NCBI GenBank assembly: GCA_041484665.1
Contig: JBGPIA010000002.1
Location: 416,001 to 480,000, forward strand
Source of the DNA: Candidatus Krumholzibacteriia bacterium
GTDB lineage: Bacteria > Krumholzibacteriota > Krumholzibacteriia > JAJRXK01
Direction: 5' to 3'
Length of the DNA: 64,000 nt
Shown here in pieces: positions 56,750 through 64,000 of this stretch. The stretch's first letter is position 1. The number at the start of each line of letters is the position of its first letter. The position numbers and the translations under genes were made by a program. The notes beneath the pieces are model-generated. The model was given only the letters and a program-made list of their open reading frames with translations, searched no databases and was not told where the DNA came from.

Positions 56750-57895
56750 TCAGCGCCCTTCCAGCAGCTCCCGCGCGATGATCAGCCGCTGGATCTGGCT
56801 CGTGCCCTCGTAGATCTGGAACACCTTGGCGTCGCGCATGAGCTTCTCGACCGGGTACTCGCGGCTGTAGCCGTAGCCGCCGTAGATCTGCACGGCGTCG
56901 GTCGCCACGCGCATCGCCATGTCGGCGGCGAAGGCCTTCGCGAACGCGGCCTGCTTGCTGTTGCGCCTGCCCGAGTCGATGGTCCAGCCGGCCAGCCAGG
57001 TTAGCAGGCGCGCCGCCTCGATGTCCTTGGCCATGTCCGCCAGCATGAAGGCCACGGCCTGGTGCTGCGCGATGGGCTTGCCGAAAGCGACGCGCTCCTG
57101 CGCGTACTGCAGGCTGTGGTCCAGGCCTGCTTGCGCCAACCCCACGGCCATGGCCGCCACGGTCGGGCGGGTGTGGTCGAAGGCCTTCATCGCCGCGATC
57201 CAGCCCGCGCCCTCCTCGCCCACCCGGTCGCGCGCCGGCACCACCACGTCGGTGAAGGTGACCGCGCGTGTGTCGGAGCAGCGCTGCCCCATGTTCTGCT
57301 CCTTCTTGCCCACCTCGACTCCCGGCGCGGTGCGCGGCACGACGAAGCCGCTCATGCCCTTGTGCCCCTTGGCGCGGTCGGTCATGGCCAGCACGAAGTA
57401 CCAGTCGGCCACCGCGCCGTTGGTGATCCACATCTTGCTGCCGTTGAGCACGTAGTCTTCGCCCCTGCGCATCGCGGTGGTGGCGAGCGCGGCCACGTCG
57501 CTGCCCGCCCCCGGCTCGGTGACGCAGTAGGCCGCCAGCCGCGGCTCCTCGGTCATGGGCGCGAGCCAACGGCGCTTGAGATCGTCGCTGCCCGCCACGA
57601 TCAGCGGTGCCTCCGCCAGCGTGTTGGCCTCCATGGCGGTGGCCATGCCGCAGCAGCCCCAACCCAGCTGCTCGACGATCAGGCAGCCGTCCAGGGTCCC
57701 CAGGCCGAGCCCGCCGTACTGCGGCGGGATGTGCGTGTTCAAGAGCCCGATCGCCCAGGCCTGGCGCACGATGTCCATGGGGTATTCGCCGGTCTGGTCG
57801 TGATGGGCGGAGCGCGGCCGCATCTCGCGCAGGGCGAACTCGCGAGCGGTCTGGCGCAGCTGCTCCTGCTCCGTGGAAAGCTGGAAGTCGATCAT
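56750..57895 (-). CDS. Acyl-CoA dehydrogenase
   Basis: [46 protein letters not shown]. Confidence 0.96.
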   Translation of the reverse strand: MIDFQLSTEQEQLRQTAREFALREMRPRSAHHDQTGEYPMDIVRQAWAIGLLNTHIPPQYGGLGLGTLDGCLIVEQLGWGCCGMATAMEANTLAEAPLIVAGSDDLKRRWLAPMTEEPRLAAYCVTEPGAGSDVAALATTAMRRGEDYVLNGSKMWITNGAVADWYFVLAMTDRAKGHKGMSGFVVPRTAPGVEVGKKEQNMGQRCSDTRAVTFTDVVVPARDRVGEEGAGWIAAMKAFDHTRPTVAAMAVGLAQAGLDHSLQYAQERVAFGKPIAQHQAVAFMLADMAKDIEAARLLTWLAGWTIDSGRRNSKQAAFAKAFAADMAMRVATDAVQIYGGYGYSREYPVEKLMRDAKVFQIYEGTSQIQRLIIARELLEGR

Positions 57896-57906
57896 GGCGG
57901 CCTCCC

Positions 57907-60900
57907 TCAGTTGGGTGACCGCAGCACGCTGCGGATGCGCTTGATGCCCACCACCAGCGAGGCGGGTCCCAGCTCGCCTTCGGGAATGCGCTCGAGGTCC
58001 TGGAAGGCCTGCGCACCCCGCCCCAGCGCCGCCAGCTTCTCGGCCCCCTGTCCGTCGGCGTTCGCCAGCTTCAGCACCAGGTCGCCGAGCAGATCGAGCA
58101 GCTCTCGCCGCAGCGACCGTTGTGCCATCGCCTCGTAGGCTTGGCTGGCCTTGCGCCGGTCCAGGCGCTCGACTGTGCCCAGGATGCCGCAGGCCCGCCC
58201 CAGGGCGAAGTAGTCCTGCGCCACGCGGCGCGCGGGCCGGTCCATGGCGTCGGCCAGGTCGATGGCCGTAAGCCCATACGGCAGGAAGCGCACCGCGGCT
58301 AGCCGCAGCGCCAGCGAGGACGGGACCGCGCTGCGCTCGAAGGCCGCGGCCTGCTCGCGGGCCGCCTGGGCACTGACCTCGTCCAACGAGTCGGCGAACG
58401 TCGCCCCCAACGCTTTCAGCTTGCGCGCGTACGAGGACGGCTCGCGCAGCGTCTCGCGCACGCGCTGGGGCGTCCAGCGCTCCAGCAGGTGGAGCGCGCC
58501 CTGACGCAGCGCCGACTCCACCGTCAGCAACGCCTCGTACTGCACCGCGGCCGGCGCCTGCGTAGCCAGCGCCAGGATCTGCTCCTTCATGCCCCAGGCG
58601 TCGGCAGCCTGCGCCAGGAGCGTATAGGCCTCCACGCATTGGCGGGGCGTAACCGCCGCCTCTGCGGCCAGGTCGCTGAAGAACGTGGCACCGGTGTGAT
58701 CGATGATGCGGTTGGTGAGAAGCGTGATGGCGATCTCGCGGGCGAGGCGGTGTTGGTCGATGCTGGCGGCGAAGCGGGACCGCAGCCGCGCCAGAAAGTA
58801 GGCGTGCAGATAGGTGCGCAACGCCGCGGGGTCGATGGACGCGTCGCCCACCAGGTCATCGTAGATCATCATCTTCACATAGCTGCCCAGAATGGCGAGC
58901 TCGGGGCGCGTGAGGCCCTCCCGGTCGCGAATGCGCTGCTCGACCTCCTTGCTGCCGGGCAGCCCGATGTCGCCACGCTTGACGCCGAAACGGCGGCAGA
59001 CATCCTCCATCAGGCGCTCGAAGGGCTCAAGATCCTCGCGGCTGCGGCGCTCGTCGAGGCTGAGCATGAGAGCCTGGCTGGCGTTGGCGGCCAGCACGTC
59101 CTGCGCCACCTGCTCCTGCATCTCGCGCAGCAGCTTGTTGCGTGCCGCGGGGGTGAGTTGGCCGCTGCTCACCAGTGGCTGGAACAGCACCTTCAGGTTG
59201 ACCTCGTGGTCGCTGGTGTTGACGCCGCCAGCGTTGTCGATGAAGTCCGTGTTGAGCCGGCCGCCGGCCCGCGCGTACTCCACCCGCGCCGCCTGGGTGA
59301 GACCCAGGTTGCCACCCTCGCCCACCACCCTCGCGCGCAGCTGCGAGGCGTCGATGCGCAGCGCGTCATTGGCGGGGTCGCGGGCGGCGAGGTCGTCCTG
59401 CGCGGTCGCCTTCACGTAGGTCCCGATCCCACCGTTGTAGAGCAGGTCCGCCGGGAGCTGCAGCAGGGCGTGGATCAGCTCCGCGCTGGACATGCTCGGG
59501 CGGTCGGTCGAGAGCAGCTTGCGCACCTGCGGCGAGAGGGGGATCGACTTCGAGGCGCGCTCGAATACGCCGCCACCCTTGCTGATCGTGCTCGCGTCGT
59601 ACGCGTCCCAGCCCCCGTACTTTGCCTGGAACAGGCGCCGGCGCTCCGCGGGGGCGGCCACCGGGTCGGGGTCGGGGTCGAGGAAGATATGCTGGTGGTT
59701 GAACGCGGCCACGAGCTTGATCGTGTCGTGCTCGATCATCCCGTTGCCGAACACGTCGCCGCCCAGGTCGCCGATCCCCACCACGCTGAAGGGTTTGCCC
59801 CAGTCGATGCCCAGCTCGCGGAAGAGGTGGCGGATGCAGACCCAGGCGCCGCGGGCGGTGATGCCCATGGCCTTGTGGTCGTAGCCGTTGCTGCCGCCGC
59901 TGGCGAATGCATCGCCGAGCCAGAACTGGCGCTCCGCGCTGATGGCGTTGGCCGTGTCGCTCAGGTGCGCGGTACCCTTGTCGGCGGCCACGACCAGGTA
60001 GGGGTCGAAGTCGTCGTAGCAGACCACCTCGGGCGGCGGTACGGTCTGCCCGCCGGCGATATTGTCGGTGATGTCCAGCAGCCCGCGGACGAAGATCTGG
60101 TACATCTCGTCGGCGTGGGCGCGGCGTTGTGCAACGTCCACGGGCGGGCGCTTGAGGACGAAGCCGCCCTTGGCGCCCACCGGGACGATCACCACGTTCT
60201 TGACCATCTGGGTCGTCATCAGCCCCAGGATCTCGGTGCGGTAGTCGTCGGGCCGGTCGCTCCAGCGCAACCCACCGCGGGCGATGCGCCCGCCTCGCAG
60301 GTGGACGCCCTCCACTTTCGCGCTGTGGACGTAGATCTCGCGCCAGGGGCGCGGCTCGGGCATGGCGGCCACCTTCGCGCAGTCGAGCTTGTGGCTGATG
60401 TAGTGCTCGACGAGATCGGTGCGGAAGTAGTTGGTGCGCAGCGTGGCGTCGATCAGGTTTGCGAAGGTGCGCAGGATGCGGTCGTCGTTGAAGCTCTCCA
60501 CCCCGTCGATCTGCTCGTAGACCCGCTCGCGCAGCTCCTGGCAGCGCGGCTCCCGCGCTGGGTCGGGGCGACTGGGGATCGCGCCGTGGGTCTGCGGGCC
60601 GAAGCGGGCCTCGAACCACTCCGCCAGGTTGCGCGCGATGGGCGCGTAGCGCACCAGCGTCGACCAGATGATGCCCGGCGTGAACATGCTGCCAAGCTGC
60701 TTGCTGTAGCCCTGGTAGCTGCGCAGCAGGTCGACCTGCTTCCAACACAGGCGCGCCGGCAACAGCACGCGGTTGAGGCGGTCGCTGGGGACGACCCCGT
60801 CGAACACCGCCGCCAGCGCCCCCAGGAAATCACCGCGCTGCGTCTGCAGGTCCAGGGCCCGGCCGTCCTGGTTGGCGAAGCGGAAGGTGTCCATGTAGAG

Positions 60901-62700
60901 CACGTCGCCGCCCGGGAGCTCGACGTGGTTGACGAAGCTATTGATCACCTGCAGCCCGAAGTCGTCCAAGATGGGCAGTACGTCGGTCAGATAGAGGTTG
61001 CGCGACTCGTAGATGCGCAACTTGACCGTGCCCTGCTGCTTGTCTTCCGCATCGGTGTAGAGCTCGAACTCCAGCCCCTTGTGACGGCGGACCTTCTCCA
61101 GCAGCAGGCAGTCGCGCACGGCCTGCTCGGGCGGCGTCGAGACCTGGTAACGTGGGCTGAAGGCGCTCTGGTAGGTGCGGTACAGCGCGAGCGCGACGTC
61201 ACGGGCGAGCGAGTGGCCCAGCGCCTCGCGGAACCGGTCCTGCCAACTGCTGGCCATCTCGGCCAGGGTGGATTCCAGCGCGGCGTGATCCAGGGCCGGG
61301 AAGGCGGCGCTGCTGGTCACGTAAAAATGGAGGACGGCCACGCCATAGTTGCTGATGAACACGCGGTGGTCGCAGTAATTGGCTTGCAGCCGCTCCTCCA
61401 GGAAGCGCTGGATGCGGATGCGAAGCGCGTCGTTGAAGTTCTCGTTGGGGAGCACGACGAACAGATACGCCTGGCGCATGTCCGGGTTGAGGGAGAGCTG
61501 GACCTCCAGGCGCCGGGAGCGCTCCGCCGCGATCGCTCCCCGCACCAGCCGCGCGATGTCCTCGATCCCTGCCGTGAACAGGTACTCCGCCGGCAGCGCC
61601 TCGAAGGAATTGACCAGCGACTTGTAATTGTACGAGCCGCGCACCACCTCCTCGGCGGCCACCAGCTCGTCCAGCTTGCGCCGCAGGATGGGCACGCTGC
61701 CGCCGCGGGCGTGGATGGCGCGGTAGGTGAACAGGCCGTGCAGCGCCAGGCAGCCCGCGGGCTGGCCGGCCGCGTCGAAGCGGCGCACCAGGACCTCATC
61801 GATCTTCCCCGGCCGGTGCAGGACCGCATCCTCGACCGTCTTGTGGATCGATACGTAGCGCTCCCCGCCGGCTGGCTTGAGGAATGCGCGGACCTCGGGA
61901 TAGGACTGGGCGAATGGATCGCGCTTGAAGCGGGTGGTCCCCAGGCGCGACTCCACCTCCTGATCGCCCGAGCGCCCCACGCGCGTGGCGCCCATGAAGA
62001 CGAAGTTGTCCTCCGCCAGCCAGCGCAGGAAGGCGAGCGCCTCGCGGATGGTGTCGCGGTCGTGCGGGCGCAGGCTGTCCAGCTGCTCGTACTGCTGGAT
62101 CACATCGCGCACCTCGTGGACCATGCGCTGGAAGTCCAGCACGACCGCCCGGGCCTGGATCAGGCAGTCGGTGAGCTCGCTGCGCAGCTTCTCCCGGCGC
62201 TCCTCCTGGGCGATCGGGCCGAGCTCGAAGACCGTAATGCTCTCCAGCGTCTGGCCCGCCTCCGCCGTGCCGCCGATCTCCACCAGCCGGCCCGCCTTGG
62301 TGCGGGCCACCGGCACGATGGCGTTGAGCTGGTGGAGGACGTCCAGGCCCAGGCGCTGGAACGCCAGGCGCACGGTGTCCACGATGAACGGCTGGTCGGT
62401 CATGCAGGTGCTGGCCAGGATCGCCGGCGCGCTCGTGCCGTCCGGCTCGCTGGCCGGTGCCACGCGCACGAGCACCTCGCCCTCGACGCGCTTCTCGATG
62501 AAGGCCAGCACCGTCTCGATCTCGGGTAGCAGCAGCTGCGCGGGATGGTCGAGCAGGAAGCGCTCGTCGGCGTGCTTCACCAGCGCCAGAGCCAGCTGCT
62601 CGAGCAGTTTGCGCTGCGCCCCGCGCGCGCCGGGTCGGTAATCGGCCAGGCGGCGCTCGAACTCGGTGACCAGGTCGTGGGCGTAAACGGTAGCCTTCAT
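57907..62700 (-). CDS. gdhB: Large NAD-specific glutamate dehydrogenase
   Basis: 1597 aa; [65 protein letters not shown]. Confidence 0.96.
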   Translation of the reverse strand: MKATVYAHDLVTEFERRLADYRPGARGAQRKLLEQLALALVKHADERFLLDHPAQLLLPEIETVLAFIEKRVEGEVLVRVAPASEPDGTSAPAILASTCMTDQPFIVDTVRLAFQRLGLDVLHQLNAIVPVARTKAGRLVEIGGTAEAGQTLESITVFELGPIAQEERREKLRSELTDCLIQARAVVLDFQRMVHEVRDVIQQYEQLDSLRPHDRDTIREALAFLRWLAEDNFVFMGATRVGRSGDQEVESRLGTTRFKRDPFAQSYPEVRAFLKPAGGERYVSIHKTVEDAVLHRPGKIDEVLVRRFDAAGQPAGCLALHGLFTYRAIHARGGSVPILRRKLDELVAAEEVVRGSYNYKSLVNSFEALPAEYLFTAGIEDIARLVRGAIAAERSRRLEVQLSLNPDMRQAYLFVVLPNENFNDALRIRIQRFLEERLQANYCDHRVFISNYGVAVLHFYVTSSAAFPALDHAALESTLAEMASSWQDRFREALGHSLARDVALALYRTYQSAFSPRYQVSTPPEQAVRDCLLLEKVRRHKGLEFELYTDAEDKQQGTVKLRIYESRNLYLTDVLPILDDFGLQVINSFVNHVELPGGDVLYMDTFRFANQDGRALDLQTQRGDFLGALAAVFDGVVPSDRLNRVLLPARLCWKQVDLLRSYQGYSKQLGSMFTPGIIWSTLVRYAPIARNLAEWFEARFGPQTHGAIPSRPDPAREPRCQELRERVYEQIDGVESFNDDRILRTFANLIDATLRTNYFRTDLVEHYISHKLDCAKVAAMPEPRPWREIYVHSAKVEGVHLRGGRIARGGLRWSDRPDDYRTEILGLMTTQMVKNVVIVPVGAKGGFVLKRPPVDVAQRRAHADEMYQIFVRGLLDITDNIAGGQTVPPPEVVCYDDFDPYLVVAADKGTAHLSDTANAISAERQFWLGDAFASGGSNGYDHKAMGITARGAWVCIRHLFRELGIDWGKPFSVVGIGDLGGDVFGNGMIEHDTIKLVAAFNHQHIFLDPDPDPVAAPAERRRLFQAKYGGWDAYDASTISKGGGVFERASKSIPLSPQVRKLLSTDRPSMSSAELIHALLQLPADLLYNGGIGTYVKATAQDDLAARDPANDALRIDASQLRARVVGEGGNLGLTQAARVEYARAGGRLNTDFIDNAGGVNTSDHEVNLKVLFQPLVSSGQLTPAARNKLLREMQEQVAQDVLAANASQALMLSLDERRSREDLEPFERLMEDVCRRFGVKRGDIGLPGSKEVEQRIRDREGLTRPELAILGSYVKMMIYDDLVGDASIDPAALRTYLHAYFLARLRSRFAASIDQHRLAREIAITLLTNRIIDHTGATFFSDLAAEAAVTPRQCVEAYTLLAQAADAWGMKEQILALATQAPAAVQYEALLTVESALRQGALHLLERWTPQRVRETLREPSSYARKLKALGATFADSLDEVSAQAAREQAAAFERSAVPSSLALRLAAVRFLPYGLTAIDLADAMDRPARRVAQDYFALGRACGILGTVERLDRRKASQAYEAMAQRSLRRELLDLLGDLVLKLANADGQGAEKLAALGRGAQAFQDLERIPEGELGPASLVVGIKRIRSVLRSPN

Positions 62701-62736
62701 GGGCTCCTCCAGGCGCCCGCCGCGTGGCGCGAGGAC

Positions 62737-63615
62737 TCAGAACAGCGATTGCTGCGCCCGGTGCGAGCGCGTGATCCAATCCAGGCGCAGGCTCAGCTCG
62801 GCCCCGCCCGAAGCACGCACGGCGATCAAGAGCGTCTCCCCAGGGCGGCGCACGTAGCCGCGCGGCCAGAGCTCGATGATCTGCTCGCCCTTCTCGGGTG
62901 GCCGGTACACCACGGTGACGCTGGTTCCGCGCTGCAGCGCGTCGTCCAAGGGTTGCAGATCCTCGGGCAGCCACATGCGCAGGCGCCCCGGTGAGCCGAA
63001 GGCCAAGGCCGGCGCGGTAGCCCGGATCAGGTCTCCCAGGGTTGCGTCCTGCGATCCTCCGGCCGCCGCGTAGTGCCGCTCCAGCAGCAGCCGGAAGCAG
63101 CGGGCGAGCGTGCGCGCGTCGGCCAGCGCGCGGTGGTACGTCTGCGCATGGCAGCCCAGGGCGCGCGACAGGGTCTCGAGCTTGTGGTTCGGCAGATCGG
63201 GGCGCACCCGCCGCGAGATCTCCACGGTGTCCAGCACCGGGCAGAAGGGCAGCTGCACGCCGTGGCGCGCCGCCTCGTAGGTCAAAAAGCCCACGTCGAA
63301 CTCGGCGTTATGGGCGAGCAGCACGCTCCCGCCCGCCCAGTCCTTGAACTGCGCGAGCACGTGGCCGGCGTCGGGCTTGCCCCGCACGTCCTCGTCGCGC
63401 AGGCGGTTGACGCGTGCGGCCTCCGGGGGGATCGGCCGGCCGGGGTCCACGAGCTGGTCGAATGCGTCGTGCGCTTCCCCGTCGCCCTGGAGCGTGAAGC
63501 GCTCCGCCGAGAGCTCCACGATACGGTCGCTCGCGGCAGCGAGGCCGGTCGTCTCCGCGTCGAAGGCGATGAAGCTCAGCTCGTGCAGCCGGGCGTCCGC
63601 GCGCGGTTGCGCCAC
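62737..63615 (-). CDS. DnaQ-like DEDDh 3'-5' exonuclease with C-terminal WYL-like domain
   Basis: FDAETTG, AHNAEFD, LDT, HRALADA; tail ALQRGTSVTVVY...ELWPRG...LSLRLDWI. Confidence 0.85.
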   Translation of the reverse strand: MAQPRADARLHELSFIAFDAETTGLAAASDRIVELSAERFTLQGDGEAHDAFDQLVDPGRPIPPEAARVNRLRDEDVRGKPDAGHVLAQFKDWAGGSVLLAHNAEFDVGFLTYEAARHGVQLPFCPVLDTVEISRRVRPDLPNHKLETLSRALGCHAQTYHRALADARTLARCFRLLLERHYAAAGGSQDATLGDLIRATAPALAFGSPGRLRMWLPEDLQPLDDALQRGTSVTVVYRPPEKGEQIIELWPRGYVRRPGETLLIAVRASGGAELSLRLDWITRSHRAQQSLF

Positions 63616-63666
63616 GTGATCTCCTCTTCGATGGACGGGAAAGGGGCGTTCGGTGAAGCGGGCGCC

Positions 63667-63695
63667 AGTATAGGGGCGCGCCCAGGGCTCGACAA
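63667..63695 (-). promoter_or_regulatory. Putative sigma70 promoter for the exonuclease-gdh-ACAD run
   Basis: TTGTCG-N17-TATACT. Confidence 0.7.
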
Positions 63696-63716
63696 CACGC
63701 GACGCGGCCTGGGCCC

Positions 63717-64000
63717 CTACCCGGCGCGCGGGGGGACCTCCGACGAGGCGTCCCCCTCGCCACCCGGTGAGTCCCCCACCGCGCGGTCCACCGGGACCCC
63801 CGGCGCGGGATCCGGGGAATCCGCGAGCGCGCGGTCCGGCGGCTCCGCCTGCGGGACCTCCGCTTCATCGCCCTCCTGCTCGGCCGGGTAGACGGCGTAC
63901 ACGCGCTCGCCCTCGAGCACGGGCGTGGCCAGTTGGAGATCCTGCAGGATCGTCAGATCGGCAGCGTCGCGGCGCGCGTCGCCCAGCAGCTCCGCGAAGC
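63717..64000 (-). CDS. 3' end of a hypothetical protein with an acidic tail, entering from the window edge
   Basis: Frame open from the window end: FAELLGDARRDAADLTILQDLQLATPVLEGERVYAVYP...* at 63717. Confidence 0.5.
   Translation of the reverse strand, partial: FAELLGDARRDAADLTILQDLQLATPVLEGERVYAVYPAEQEGDEAEVPQAEPPDRALADSPDPAPGVPVDRAVGDSPGGEGDASSEVPPRAG

Noticed and set aside
58489..62529. Very long antisense ORFs (also 24-2576, 10676-13018, 31250-33796, 34211-37189, 48797-50998)
   Set aside because: Shadow frames of high-GC genes; no recognisable motifs, and each overlaps a well-supported gene on the opposite strand.

Overview
High-GC bacterial chromosomal segment (roughly 70% GC by eye). 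It is almost fully coding, with about 40 genes, nearly all on the minus strand. I saw no rRNA, tRNA, CRISPR array, prophage or IS element. Housekeeping content: hutU-hutI, ligA with a DinG-family helicase, gcvP, dnaE-accA, a PpiD/SurA-like PPIase, a CDF transporter, an MrfA/MrfB (YprA/YprB)-like repair pair, tatA, folK-dNK-panB-panC, an acyl-CoA dehydrogenase, a large NAD-glutamate dehydrogenase and a DnaQ-like exonuclease. The most notable region is an ~18 kb co-directional envelope cluster (18866-36886). It runs Trm112-like gene, porU (C25 sortase), porV, an M6-type metalloprotease with a T9SS-type C-terminal sorting domain, two tandem paralogous membrane proteins, an NHL lipoprotein, a ~1200 aa beta-barrel with SprA-like motifs, and an Omp85/BamA-TamA protein. 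This looks like a compact type IX secretion-related sorting locus. The host is probably an FCB-superphylum lineage outside typical Bacteroidota (e.g. Eisenbacteria/Krumholzibacteriota/Latescibacterota-like); this is inferred from GC content and gene content only. Other oddities are AT-rich synonymous-codon patches inside core genes (two sharing a spaced motif), a structured leader ahead of the porU operon, a frameshifted LytR_C gene and a DnaQ-WYL-like fusion. All calls come from manual motif recognition; no database searches were run.
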